From Actinomycetes bacterium (GTDB lineage Bacteria > Actinomycetota > Actinomycetes > Prado026), in contig DATCDE010000111.1 of the NCBI GenBank assembly GCA_036510875.1, positions 1 through 59,647 of the forward strand: a stretch of DNA of 59,647 nt, read 5' to 3'. The notes under the pieces were generated by a model that saw only the letters and a list, made by a program, of their open reading frames with translations, had not been told where the DNA came from and searched no databases. Both the position numbers and the translations under genes were made by a program. Shown piece after piece: positions 24,818 through 34,492 of this stretch. Positions within the stretch are counted from its first letter, which is position 1, and each line of letters opens with the position of its first letter.

Positions 24818-25240
24818 CTAGCCGATGTTCGGATCGAAGGTGAAGATCACCAGGGTGCCGAGAGCCACGATCAGCACCGTGCTGACGAGCAGCAGCATCT
24901 TCAGCCAGAAGCGGGTCTGGTCCCGCTCCGCGTAGTCGTTGATGACGGTCCGCAGCCCGTTGGCTCCGTGCAGCTCGGCGAGCCAGAGCATCAGCAGATC
25001 CCAGACCTGCCAGAACGGGGAGGCCCAGCGGCCGGCCACGAAGCCGAAGTTGATCCGCTGCACCCCGCCGTCCAGGACGTTCATGATCAGCAGGTGACCC
25101 AGGACCAGCACGACCAAGAACAGCCCCGAGATCCGCATGAACAGCCAGCTGAACAGCTCGAAGTTGGTGCGCTGCTGGCTGCGCTGCCGGCGCGGGCTGC
25201 GCGGGGCCTCCAGGGCCGGGGCCGGCTCGACGGCGCTCAT
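24818..25240 (-). CDS. sdhD: Succinate dehydrogenase hydrophobic membrane anchor subunit
   Basis: ATG 25240. 140 aa with three TM segments ([19 protein letters not shown]..., [14 protein letters not shown]..., [18 protein letters not shown]). Position is between sdhC and sdhA. Confidence 0.85.
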   Translation of the reverse strand: MSAVEPAPALEAPRSPRRQRSQQRTNFELFSWLFMRISGLFLVVLVLGHLLIMNVLDGGVQRINFGFVAGRWASPFWQVWDLLMLWLAELHGANGLRTVINDYAERDQTRFWLKMLLLVSTVLIVALGTLVIFTFDPNIG

Positions 25241-25632
25241 GACGCGCTCCCGAACAGCGACTGCACGGTGTGCTGCAGCATGAAGTAGACGCCGGGCACC
25301 ATGATCACGACCCAGGCGGCCACGATGGTCCACAGCATGACCCGGTGGTAGCGCGGCCCCTTCGACCAGAAGTCGACGAGCACCACCCGGATCCCGTTCA
25401 GCGCGTGGTACAGGACCGCGCCGACGAGGGCGACCTCGAGCAGGTTGACGATCGGCGTCTTGTACGACGCGATCACCCGGTCGTAGGAGTCGGGGGAGAC
25501 CCGCACCAGCGCCGTGTCGAGCACGTGCGCGAACAGGAAGAAGAAGGTCAGGACGCCGGTGATTCGGTGGGCCACCCAGGACCACATGCCCTCCCGGCCC
25601 CGGTAGATCGTCCCTGCCGGCATGGTGGCCAA
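25237..25632 (-). CDS. sdhC: Succinate dehydrogenase cytochrome b subunit
   Basis: [24 protein letters not shown] (heme-ligand His context). 131 aa. ATGA overlap with sdhD. Confidence 0.88.
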   Translation of the reverse strand: MATMPAGTIYRGREGMWSWVAHRITGVLTFFFLFAHVLDTALVRVSPDSYDRVIASYKTPIVNLLEVALVGAVLYHALNGIRVVLVDFWSKGPRYHRVMLWTIVAAWVVIMVPGVYFMLQHTVQSLFGSAS

Positions 25633-25802
25633 GGCAGTACCTCCGTCGCGGAGCCCACAGGCGCTTCGCCAACGTGCGGAGCAGCCCGGTCCGGACGATG
25701 GGCCCGGACTTCGACATCGTATCGACGTGCTCTCGGCCGGCGTACGCCGACTGTGTCACACCCGTCACAGCGGTGCGGACGTCGTCAGTACGCTGACGGA
25801 GC

Positions 25803-27389
25803 ATGAGCGACGAGCGCCGCACCGAGTCCGGTCTCCCGATCCCGGCCGTGTACGGCCCGGGCGCCCTGGCCGGGTGGGACCCGGCCGGGCAGCTCGGCGA
25901 TCCAGGGGCGTTCCCGTACACCCGCGGCGTCTACCCGACCATGTACACCGGCAAGCCGTGGACCATGCGGCAGTACGCCGGCTTCGGCACGGCGGGGGAG
26001 TCGAACGCCCGGTACCGCCAGCTGCTGGCGGCGGGGCAGACCGGGCTGTCGGTGGCCTTCGACCTGCCGACCCAGATGGGGTACGACAGCGACAACGCGA
26101 TCGCCCACGGCGAGGTCGGCAAGGTCGGCGTCGCCATCGACTCGGTCGAGGACATGCGGGTGCTGTTTGGTGGCATCCCGCTGGACCAGGTCTCGACGTC
26201 CATGACCATCAACGCTCCGGCCGCCGTGCTGCTGCTGCTCTACCAGCTGGTCGGTGAGGAGCAGGGGGTGGCGCCGGCGCAGCTGACCGGGACCATCCAA
26301 AACGACGTCCTCAAGGAGTACATCGCGCGGGGCACCTACATCTACCCGCCGAAGGCGTCCCTGCGGCTGATCACCGACATCTTCGCCTACTGCCGCGAGG
26401 AGATCCCGCGGTGGAACACCATCTCCATCTCCGGGTACCACATGGCCGAGGCCGGGGCGACGCCGGCGCAGGAGATCGCCTTCACCCTCGCCGACGGGAT
26501 CGAGTACGTCCGTGCCGCGGTCGCGTCCGGCCAGGACGTCGACGAGTTCGCCCCCCGGCTGGCGTTCTTCTTCGTGGCGCGCACCACGTTGCTGGAGGAG
26601 GTAGCCAAGTTCCGGGCCGCCCGCCGGATCTGGGCGCACGTGATGCGTGATCAGTTCGGTGCGAAGAACCCGAAGTCGATGATGCTGCGGTTCCACACCC
26701 AGACCGCGGGGGTGCAGCTGACCGCGCAGCAGCCGGAGGTCAACCTGGTCCGGGTCGCGGTCCAGGGGCTGGCCGCGGTCCTCGGCGGGACCCAGTCGCT
26801 GCACACCAACTCCTTCGACGAGGCCATCGCGCTGCCGTCGGAGAAGGCGGCCCGGCTGGCGCTTCGCACCCAGCAGGTGCTGGCCTACGAGACCGATGTG
26901 ACCGCCACCGTCGACCCGTTCGCCGGCTCCTACGTCATCGAGTCGATGACCGACGAGCTCGAGGCAGCGGCCCGCGACCTGATGGGCCGAGTGGAGGACC
27001 TCGGTGGGGCGGTTGCGGCGATCGAGCAGGGCTTCCAGAAGCGCGAGATCGAGCGGTCCGCCTACGACGTGGCCACCTCCATCGACTCGGGGGAGCGGGT
27101 CGTCGTGGGGGTGAACCGGTTCACCCTCGACGAGGAGGAGCACTACGAGCCGCTGCGGGTCAACCCGGCGATCGAGGCGGAGCAGGGCGAGCGGCTGGCC
27201 CGCCTGCGGGCCGACCGCGACAACGGGTCGGTGACCGCGGCCCTGGACGCCGTCCGGGCCGCGGCGCAGGGCAGCGACAACGTGCTGCGCCCGATGCGGA
27301 CCGCGCTCGCCGCGCGCGCCACGGTGGGCGAGGTGTCCGACGCGCTGCGCAACGTGTGGGGAACGTACCGGCCCAACGACGCGTTCTGA
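25803..27389 (+). CDS. Acyl-CoA mutase large (substrate-binding TIM-barrel) subunit without a B12 domain; methylmalonyl-CoA-mutase-like
   Basis: [47 protein letters not shown]...[21 protein letters not shown]...[14 protein letters not shown]. It ends at approx. 528 aa, before any DxHxxG domain. Confidence 0.92.
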   Translation: MSDERRTESGLPIPAVYGPGALAGWDPAGQLGDPGAFPYTRGVYPTMYTGKPWTMRQYAGFGTAGESNARYRQLLAAGQTGLSVAFDLPTQMGYDSDNAIAHGEVGKVGVAIDSVEDMRVLFGGIPLDQVSTSMTINAPAAVLLLLYQLVGEEQGVAPAQLTGTIQNDVLKEYIARGTYIYPPKASLRLITDIFAYCREEIPRWNTISISGYHMAEAGATPAQEIAFTLADGIEYVRAAVASGQDVDEFAPRLAFFFVARTTLLEEVAKFRAARRIWAHVMRDQFGAKNPKSMMLRFHTQTAGVQLTAQQPEVNLVRVAVQGLAAVLGGTQSLHTNSFDEAIALPSEKAARLALRTQQVLAYETDVTATVDPFAGSYVIESMTDELEAAARDLMGRVEDLGGAVAAIEQGFQKREIERSAYDVATSIDSGERVVVGVNRFTLDEEEHYEPLRVNPAIEAEQGERLARLRADRDNGSVTAALDAVRAAAQGSDNVLRPMRTALAARATVGEVSDALRNVWGTYRPNDAF

Positions 27390-27447
27390 CCGGAGTGCAG
27401 CCACGCCGCGTCTTGACCGGATTCAGCCGATTTGTCACGGTTGACCC

Positions 27448-27648
27448 ATGACGCTGCTCGTGATCGCTGCCGTGGTCGTGCTCCTCGTGGGCGCGGTGGT
27501 CGTCCTGCTGCGCCGCGCGCAGCGACCGGACGAGGCCGCCCGTTTCCAGCACGCCAGCGAGCTGACCGGGACGTGGGCGCGGTCCGAGTCGGCGCAGGTC
27601 CAGGGGCCGCGGCAGCCGGAGCCGGGGCCGGGGCCCGGCGAGGACTAG
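27448..27648 (+). CDS. Small single-pass membrane protein (hypothetical)
   Basis: MTLLVIAAVVVLLVGAVVVLL then a charged tail. 66 aa. No homology is recognisable by eye. Confidence 0.4.
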   Translation: MTLLVIAAVVVLLVGAVVVLLRRAQRPDEAARFQHASELTGTWARSESAQVQGPRQPEPGPGPGED

Positions 27649-27677
27649 CCAGGACGAGCCGGTACTAGCCTGCCGGG

Positions 27678-28886
27678 GTGGACCCGGCACCCGCACCGAC
27701 CGACCTGGACGCCGTCCTCGCGCAGATCCCCGCCCTGGTCGCCGGGTACGCCGACGAGCTGGTCGCGTTGCGCCGTGACCTGCACGCGCACCCTGAGCTG
27801 GGCCGGGCCGAGGTGCGCACCACCCGGCTGGTCCGCGAGCGGCTCGAAGCGGCCGGGCTGGCTCCCCGGTTGCTGCCCGGCGGCAGCGGGCTGGTGTGCG
27901 ACGTGGGTTCGGGCGAGCCGGCCACCGCGCTGCGCGCCGACCTGGACGCGCTGCCCATCGATGACGAGAAGGACGTCCCCTACCGGTCCACCGTGCCCGG
28001 GCGGTGCCACGCCTGCGGCCACGACGTGCACACGGTCGTCGTGCTCGGCGCCGGACTGGTGCTCGCCGACCTCGACCGCGCCGGGCAGCTGCCGGGCCGG
28101 GTCCGGCTGGTCTTCCAGCCGGCGGAGGAGACTAACCCCGGGGGTGCGCTCGACGTCCTTGCGGTGAACGCGCTGGACGGGGTGTCCGGCATCTACGCCG
28201 TCCACTGCGACCCCCGGGCCGACGTCGGGACCGTGGGCCTTCGGGTGGGTCCGATCACCGGCTCGTCTGACCACGTGCGGGTGCGGCTGGCCGGCCCCGG
28301 CGGGCACACGGCCCGCCCCCACCTGACCGCTGACCTGGTGTACGCGCTGGCCCGGGTGGTGACCGACGTCCCCGCTGTGCTGTCCCGCCGGGTCGACCCG
28401 CGCGCGGGGCTGTCGCTCGTCTGGGGGCGGATCCAGGCAGGCGGGGCGCACAACGTGATCCCGCAGGCCGGCGAGGTCGAGGGCACGGTCCGCTCGTTGG
28501 ACGCGGCCGCCTGGGCGAGCGCTCCGGACGTCGTCGAGGAGGCGGTGCGGACGGTCGCCTCCCCCTATGGAGTCCGGGTGCAGGTCGAGTACATCCGGGG
28601 GGTGCCGCCTGTGGTGAACGACGCGGCGGCGGTGGGGGTGCTGGAGTCCGCGGCGCAGCGGCTGGTCGGGGAGCACAGCGTCGTCCAGGTGGAGCAGAGC
28701 CTCGGCGGGGAGGACTTCGCCTGGTACCTCGACAAGGTGCCCGGTGCGCTGGCCCGGCTGGGGGTTCGCCGGCCGGGGGACGAGGTGTCCAGGGACCTGC
28801 ACCAGGGCGGCTTCGACGTGGACGAGCGGGCGATTGCGATCGGTGTGCGGCTGCTGTCCGGATCGGCCCTGCTCTCGGTCTGGTAA
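27678..28886 (+). CDS. M20 family amidohydrolase (N-acyl-L-amino acid amidohydrolase / AmiA1-AmiB1-like)
   Basis: LRRDLHAHPELGRAEVRTT...ALRADLDALPI...CHACGHDVH...LVFQPAEE...GGEDFAWY. Confidence 0.9.
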   Translation: MDPAPAPTDLDAVLAQIPALVAGYADELVALRRDLHAHPELGRAEVRTTRLVRERLEAAGLAPRLLPGGSGLVCDVGSGEPATALRADLDALPIDDEKDVPYRSTVPGRCHACGHDVHTVVVLGAGLVLADLDRAGQLPGRVRLVFQPAEETNPGGALDVLAVNALDGVSGIYAVHCDPRADVGTVGLRVGPITGSSDHVRVRLAGPGGHTARPHLTADLVYALARVVTDVPAVLSRRVDPRAGLSLVWGRIQAGGAHNVIPQAGEVEGTVRSLDAAAWASAPDVVEEAVRTVASPYGVRVQVEYIRGVPPVVNDAAAVGVLESAAQRLVGEHSVVQVEQSLGGEDFAWYLDKVPGALARLGVRRPGDEVSRDLHQGGFDVDERAIAIGVRLLSGSALLSVW

Positions 28887-28901
28887 CAGTCTGGATAAGG
28901 A

Positions 28902-29031
28902 CCTTCGTCCGGCCGGATCGGCCCCCCTCGAGGAATACGCTCGCAAGGACGCCGCGACCTCCGCGGTCATCAACAGCGCGCCCGCGAGGCGCGGTCGTGA
29001 GCACCCGCTGCCGGGGTGCATCGGACGAAGG
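28902..29031 (+). promoter_or_regulatory. Candidate structured 5' leader. A long-range 10-bp helix has a 3' arm covering the SD of the transporter lipoprotein gene
   Basis: CCTTCGTCCG (28902-28911) is the exact reverse complement of CGGACGAAGG (29022-29031). GAAGGAG (29027-29033) is the SD for TTG 29040. Internal GC hairpins include CGCGCC/GGCGCG. Confidence 0.3.
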
Positions 29032-29039
29032 AGTACCTC

Positions 29040-30089
29040 TTGCGCAGGGTCATGAAGGTGGCCGCCCTGGCGGTTGCCGGCGCGTTGGCGCTGGCTGCCT
29101 GTGGCAGCAGCAGCAGCAGTGGCGGCGGTGCGGGTACCAGTGGCAGCCCCGCGGCAACGTCCAACATCAAGGTCGGTCTTGCGTACGACGTCGGCGGCCG
29201 TGGCGACAAGTCGTTCAACGACGCTGCCGCAGTGGGGCTGGACAAGGCGAAGACCGACTTCGGCATCCAGACCAAGGAGCTGTCCGCGGTCGTCGGCGAG
29301 ACCGACGCCCAGAAGGAGGAGCGGCTGCGGCTGCTTGCCGCCGGCGGGTACAACCCGGTCATCGCCGTCGGGTTCGCCTACGCGACCGCCACCAAGAAGG
29401 TCGCGGCCGAGTACCCCAAAGTCAACTTCGCCATCATCGACGACTCCAGCTTCTCGGCGAAAAACGTGGCGAACCTCGTGTTCGCGGAGAACGAGGGCTC
29501 CTACCTCGTCGGCGTGATCGCGGCCCAGGCGTCGAAGACCGGCAACATTGGGTACATCGGTGGGGTGCTCACCCCTCTGCTGCAGAAGTTCGAGGCGGGC
29601 TACACCGCCGGTGCGAAGTCGATCAACCCGAGCATCAAGGTCCAGGTCAAGTACCTGACGCAGCCCCCGGACTTCTCCGGCTTCAACGCGCCGGACAAGG
29701 GCCAGACCGCGGCGCAGGGCATGTACGACGCAGGGGCCGACGTGGTCTTCGCGGCCGCTGGCGGCTCCGGCAGCGGTGTGTTCAAGGCGGCCAAGGCCTC
29801 CGGCAAGCTGGCCATCGGTGTGGACTCCGACCAGTACCTCACCGCGTCGGCTGACGTGAAGGATGTCATCCTCACCTCGATGATCAAGCGGGTCGACACC
29901 GCGGTCTATAACTTCATCAAGTCGGCCGTCGACGGCTCGCCGCTCACCGGCGTGCAGACCTTCGACCTGAAGAAGGACGGCGTCGGCTACTCGAAGTCGA
30001 ACTCGGCCGTCCAGCCGTATGAGGCGAAGGCGGACGCGGCCGCGGAGCAGATCAAGTCCGGCGCGATCACCGTCCCGACGACGCCGTAA
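29040..30089 (+). CDS. BMP-family (PnrA-like) ABC transporter substrate-binding lipoprotein, nucleoside-type
   Basis: Signal plus lipobox (L)RRVMKVAALAVAGALALAACGSS. GLAYDVGGRGDKSFND...GVGFA...IGGV...DSDQY. TTG 29040 has GAAGGAG 6 nt upstream. ATG 29052 and GTG 29016 are alternatives. Confidence 0.88.
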   Translation: MRRVMKVAALAVAGALALAACGSSSSSGGGAGTSGSPAATSNIKVGLAYDVGGRGDKSFNDAAAVGLDKAKTDFGIQTKELSAVVGETDAQKEERLRLLAAGGYNPVIAVGFAYATATKKVAAEYPKVNFAIIDDSSFSAKNVANLVFAENEGSYLVGVIAAQASKTGNIGYIGGVLTPLLQKFEAGYTAGAKSINPSIKVQVKYLTQPPDFSGFNAPDKGQTAAQGMYDAGADVVFAAAGGSGSGVFKAAKASGKLAIGVDSDQYLTASADVKDVILTSMIKRVDTAVYNFIKSAVDGSPLTGVQTFDLKKDGVGYSKSNSAVQPYEAKADAAAEQIKSGAITVPTTP

Positions 30090-30187
30090 CCAATCTGCGA
30101 CGGGTTCCTCCCGGGCCCGGTCCGGACGCGATAGCGTCCGAACCGGGCCCGATCCGTCGGGCCCGTACCACCGCAGAAGCGAGGAGG

Positions 30188-31735
30188 CTGGCCATCAGTC
30201 CCGACACGCAGTCCGCCGCGGCTCCTGCCGTCGAGCTCCGCGGGATCACCAAGCGGTTCCCCGGTGTGGTGGCCAACCATGACATCGACCTGGTCGTGCG
30301 GCGCGGCACGGTGCACGCCATCGTCGGCGAGAACGGCGCGGGCAAGTCGACCCTGATGAACACCCTCTACGGGATGCACAAGCCGGACGAGGGCGAGGTG
30401 CTCATCGACGGCGAGCCGGTCGTCATGCACTCGCCATCCGACGCCATCGCGCGCGGCGTGGGCATGGTGCACCAGCACTTCATGCTGGCGAACAACCTCA
30501 CCGTGCTGGAGAACGTCATCCTGGGCCAGGAGCCCACGAGCGGCTGGCGGATCGACTTCGACGCGGCGCGGGCGCAGATCGACGAGATCGGCCAGCGGTA
30601 CGGCCTCGACGTGGATCCGGACGAGCTGCTCGAGGACCTCGGGGTCGGAGACCGGCAGCGGGTGGAGATCCTCAAGGTGCTCTACCGGGGGGCGAAGACG
30701 CTGATCCTGGACGAGCCCACGTCGGTGCTCGTCCCGCAGGAGGTCGACGACCTCTTCGACGCGCTGCGCGAGCTGAAGCAGCAGGGACTGACCGTCATCT
30801 TCATCTCGCACAAGCTGGACGAGGTGCTGTCGGTCGCCGACACGATCACGGTGATCAGGGCCGGGACGACGGTCGCGACCGTCGACCCCGCCGAGGTCAC
30901 GGCCCGCCAGCTGGCCGAGCTGATGGTCGGCTCCGAGCTGCCCTCTCCGGAGACCCGTGAGTCCACCGTGACCGACGTGCCAGTGCTCACGGTCGAGCAC
31001 CTGTCGCTGGCCGGCCCGGGGGAGCGGCTGCTGCTCGACGACATCTCGTTCACCATCCACCAGGGTGAGGTGCTGGGGATCGCGGGCGTCGAGGGCAACG
31101 GTCAGGTGGAGCTGGTCGAGACGATCATGGGGATGCGGACCGCCTCGGACGGGCGGGTGCTGTTCGACGACACCGACGTGACCCACTGGTCGACCCGGCG
31201 GAGGCGTGAGGAGGGGATGGGCTACATCCCCGAGGACCGCACGCGCCACGGCCTGCTGCTGGAGGCCCCGCTGTGGGAGAACCGGATGCTGGGCCACCAG
31301 ACCACGCCGCCCAACGCCAAGGGGGCCCTTATCGACCGTCGCGGCGCCAGGGCGGACACCGAGCGGATCGTGCGCGAGTACGACGTGCGCACGCCGGGCA
31401 TCGAGGTGCTGGCCTCGTCGCTGTCGGGTGGAAACCAGCAGAAGCTCATCGTGGGCCGGGAGATGAGCGGTGACCCGAAGGTGCTGGTCGCGGCACATCC
31501 CACGCGGGGCGTCGACGTCGGCGCCCAGGCGGCCATCTGGGACCTGCTCAAGGATGCGCGTGCCAAGGGGCTGGGCGTGCTGCTCATCTCGGCCGACCTG
31601 GACGAGCTGATCGGCCTGTCGGACAGCCTGCGGGTGCTGCTGCGTGGCCGGTTGGTCGCCAGTGCCGACCCGGCGACGGTCACCCCCGAGCAGCTCGGCT
31701 CGGCGATGACCGGTGTGGGGGGTGAGGCCGCGTGA
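30188..31735 (+). CDS. ABC transporter ATP-binding protein (tandem ATPase, BMP/nucleoside-type)
   Basis: [20 protein letters not shown]...GENGAGKST (Walker A)...LSGGNQQK (signature). The 5' end is uncertain. The conserved N-terminal strand lies upstream of the first in-frame GTG (30266). Only CTG 30188 and ATC 30194 follow the GAGGAGG SD at 30181-30187. Confidence 0.85.
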   Translation: MAISPDTQSAAAPAVELRGITKRFPGVVANHDIDLVVRRGTVHAIVGENGAGKSTLMNTLYGMHKPDEGEVLIDGEPVVMHSPSDAIARGVGMVHQHFMLANNLTVLENVILGQEPTSGWRIDFDAARAQIDEIGQRYGLDVDPDELLEDLGVGDRQRVEILKVLYRGAKTLILDEPTSVLVPQEVDDLFDALRELKQQGLTVIFISHKLDEVLSVADTITVIRAGTTVATVDPAEVTARQLAELMVGSELPSPETRESTVTDVPVLTVEHLSLAGPGERLLLDDISFTIHQGEVLGIAGVEGNGQVELVETIMGMRTASDGRVLFDDTDVTHWSTRRRREEGMGYIPEDRTRHGLLLEAPLWENRMLGHQTTPPNAKGALIDRRGARADTERIVREYDVRTPGIEVLASSLSGGNQQKLIVGREMSGDPKVLVAAHPTRGVDVGAQAAIWDLLKDARAKGLGVLLISADLDELIGLSDSLRVLLRGRLVASADPATVTPEQLGSAMTGVGGEAA

Positions 31736-32838
31736 GGCGCTTCCTGCTCGCCGTCGCGGCGCCGGTACTGGCGATCGTGTTCTCGCTCGCCCTCGTGTCG
31801 GTCATCCTGGTGATCTCGGGCCACCCACCGTTCGGCGTGTTCCGGGACATGGTCAACTACGGGTTCCAGCCCCGCAGCCAGGTGCTCACGCTCAACCTGG
31901 CCACGACCTACTACCTGTCGGCGCTCGCCGTGGCCATCGGCTTTCGGATGAACCTGTTCAACATCGGTGTCGACGGGCAGTACCGGCTGGCCGCGATGAT
32001 CGCCGCCGCGTTCGCCGGCTCGGTCGTCCTGCCGGCGCCCTTCGGGCAGATCGTGACCATCGCCATCGCGATGGTGGTGGGCGCGATGTGGGCCGGCATC
32101 GCCGGGCTGCTGAAGGTGACCCGGGGGGTCAGCGAGGTCATCTCGACGATCATGCTCAACTTCATCGCCACGGGCGTCGTGGCCTACCTGCTGACCCCTG
32201 GCCGGCTCGCGGTCTCGGTGCAGGGGTCGAACAACATCGGGACCAAGCCGATCCCCGCCTCCGGCCAGGTCCCGGGGATCTCGCTCCTGCCTGGGACCAC
32301 CCAGCAGGTCTACGGCCTTATCCTGCTCGCGGTCGTCATGGGCGTCGGCTACTGGTTCCTGCTCGGCCGCACCCGGTTCGGCTTCGACCTGCGCGCCACC
32401 GGACGCTCCGAGCCTGCTGCGGTGGCCAGCGGCGTCAACGTCAAGCGCATGGTGCTGGTCAGCATGCTCCTTTCCGGTGCGGTCGCCGGCCTGGTCGGAA
32501 TCCCGCAGCTGCTCGGCGCGTCCTACACCTACTCGCTGGACTTCCCGGCCGGCCTGGGCTTCACCGGGATCGCCATCGCTCTGCTGGGGCGCAACAACCC
32601 CATCGGGATCGCCTTCGGCGCGCTGCTGTGGGCGTTCCTGGACACCTCCCGCCAGATCCTCGACCTCGGGGGCGTCTCCAAGGAGATCGTCACGATCATG
32701 CAGGGGGTCATCGTGCTCGCCGTGGTGATCGCCTACGAGCTGGTCCGCCGCTACGGTCTGGCCCAGCAGCAGCGTGAGGTCGGACGGCGGCTCGCTGCCG
32801 AGGAGTCCGCGGCTGCGGCAGCGGGGGTGGCGGCATGA
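31732..32838 (+). CDS. ABC transporter permease (BMP/nucleoside-type)
   Basis: GTGA overlap with the ATPase gene. 368 aa, polytopic (about 9-10 hydrophobic segments). Confidence 0.88.
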   Translation: MRRFLLAVAAPVLAIVFSLALVSVILVISGHPPFGVFRDMVNYGFQPRSQVLTLNLATTYYLSALAVAIGFRMNLFNIGVDGQYRLAAMIAAAFAGSVVLPAPFGQIVTIAIAMVVGAMWAGIAGLLKVTRGVSEVISTIMLNFIATGVVAYLLTPGRLAVSVQGSNNIGTKPIPASGQVPGISLLPGTTQQVYGLILLAVVMGVGYWFLLGRTRFGFDLRATGRSEPAAVASGVNVKRMVLVSMLLSGAVAGLVGIPQLLGASYTYSLDFPAGLGFTGIAIALLGRNNPIGIAFGALLWAFLDTSRQILDLGGVSKEIVTIMQGVIVLAVVIAYELVRRYGLAQQQREVGRRLAAEESAAAAAGVAA

Positions 32839-34097
32839 GCGTCACCGAGCTCACCAACAAGACCCGAGGAGCTGCCGGCGCAATGCCGTGGCTGGCCAAC
32901 CGCTGGATCCGGCTCACCGTGTTCGGGGTCGGCCTGCTGCTGGTCATGTCGCTCGTCCGCCTGGTCACCGGCGCGGGGGACCTGATCTCCAGTGGCACCG
33001 TCGGCGCGGCGGTCGGGCTGGCAGTGCCGATCGGCATGGCCGGCCTTGGCGGCCTGTGGTCGGAGCGGTCCGGCGTGGTCAACATCGGTCTCGAGGGCAT
33101 GATGATCCTCGGGACCTGGGGCGCCGGGTGGGCCGGCTCCCAGTGGAGCGCGTGGGCGGGAGTGCTCGCTGCGGTCGCCTTCGGTGCCCTCGGCGGGCTG
33201 GTGCACGCGGTCGCGACCATCACCTTCGGGGTCGACCAGATCGTGTCCGGCGTCGCCATCAACATCCTCGGGCTGGGTGTGACGCAGTACCTCTCGGCGA
33301 TCGCGTTCACCGGGAAGGCGGGCGGTGGCCCCACCCAGTCGCCGGGGATCAAGTCGATGGGCACGGTGACCATCCCGGGCTTCTCCTCCGCGATGGGCAG
33401 TATCGAGAACCACCACTGGTTCCTCGTGTCCGACCTCGCGGGTGTCCTCAAGGGCGTCACCTACCAGGTCTCCTACCTGACGATCATCGCCGTCCTGCTG
33501 CTCCCGCTGACGTATTGGGTGCTGTGGCGGACCGCCTTCGGGCTGCGGCTGCGGTCCTGCGGCGAGGCGCCGCACGCAGCGGAGTCGCTCGGCGTGAACG
33601 TGTACAAGTACAAGTACATCGCGGTCGTCACCTCGGGCGCGCTGGCCGGGTTCGGCGGGGGGTTCCTGGCGATCGTCGCGGCCGGGATCTACCGGGAGGG
33701 GCAGACGGGTGGCCGCGGCTACATCGGCCTGGCCGCCATGATCTTCGGCAACTGGCGGCCCGGTGGGTTGGCCGCGGGTGCCCTGCTGTTCGGCTACACC
33801 GACGCCATGCAGCTGCGCAGCGCGGACGCCGTCCACGCCTTGCTGCTGCTGGCCGTCGTCCTGCTGGCCTTGCTCGCGGTGACGTACGCGGCGCGCCGCA
33901 AGGTGATCTCGGCGAGCGTGATGGCGGCGCTGGCCGCGGTGATCCTGGCCTGGTTCCTGGCCACCTCCGACCTGCCGCAGCAGGTCACCTACATGACGCC
34001 GTACATCACCACGCTGCTGGTGCTGTCGCTGGCCTCGCAGCGGCTGCGGATGCCGGCCGCCGACGGGCTGGTGTACCGACGCGGTGAAGGCGGGTGA
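32835..34097 (+). CDS. ABC transporter permease (BMP/nucleoside-type), second subunit
   Basis: ATGA overlap. 420 aa, polytopic. ...NIGLEGMMILG... Confidence 0.88.
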   Translation: MSVTELTNKTRGAAGAMPWLANRWIRLTVFGVGLLLVMSLVRLVTGAGDLISSGTVGAAVGLAVPIGMAGLGGLWSERSGVVNIGLEGMMILGTWGAGWAGSQWSAWAGVLAAVAFGALGGLVHAVATITFGVDQIVSGVAINILGLGVTQYLSAIAFTGKAGGGPTQSPGIKSMGTVTIPGFSSAMGSIENHHWFLVSDLAGVLKGVTYQVSYLTIIAVLLLPLTYWVLWRTAFGLRLRSCGEAPHAAESLGVNVYKYKYIAVVTSGALAGFGGGFLAIVAAGIYREGQTGGRGYIGLAAMIFGNWRPGGLAAGALLFGYTDAMQLRSADAVHALLLLAVVLLALLAVTYAARRKVISASVMAALAAVILAWFLATSDLPQQVTYMTPYITTLLVLSLASQRLRMPAADGLVYRRGEGG

Positions 34098-34492
34098 CCG
34101 CCGTCGACTGGGTGGCGCTGCGCGCGGCGGCCATCGACGTCATGGGCCGGGCCTACGCGCCGTACTCGCAGTTCAAGGTGGGTGCGGCCGGGCTGGTCGA
34201 CGACGGCCGCGTGGTGGTCGGCTGCAATGTCGAGAACGCGTCGTACGGCGTGGGGCTGTGCGCCGAGTGCGGCCTGGTCTCGGCGCTGCACGCCACCGGC
34301 GGCGGCCGGCTGCTGGCCGTCGTCTGCGTCAACCAGCACGGGGCCCTGCTCATGCCGTGCGGGCGATGCCGGCAGCTGCTGTGGGAGAACGGCGGGCCGA
34401 CCATGCAGCTGGCGACCGCGCGCGGGGTGCTCCCGATGAGCGAGGTGCTCCCGGACGCGTTTGGCCCGGACACCCTGGAGGAGCACCGGTGA
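34094..34492 (+). CDS. cdd: Cytidine deaminase
   Basis: YAPYSQFKVGAA...NVENASYGVGLCAECG...PCGRCRQLL (zinc ligands). GTGA overlap with the permease gene. Confidence 0.95.
   Translation: MTAVDWVALRAAAIDVMGRAYAPYSQFKVGAAGLVDDGRVVVGCNVENASYGVGLCAECGLVSALHATGGGRLLAVVCVNQHGALLMPCGRCRQLLWENGGPTMQLATARGVLPMSEVLPDAFGPDTLEEHR

Noticed and set aside
25740-25802. GTCACA-N3-GTCACA direct repeat and CGTCAG-tacg-CTGACG hairpin just upstream of the mutase large-subunit ATG, in the sdhC/mutase divergent region. Possible operator.
   Set aside because: The motifs are 6 nt long and I cannot link them to any known regulator. It is not strong enough to call without comparative data.
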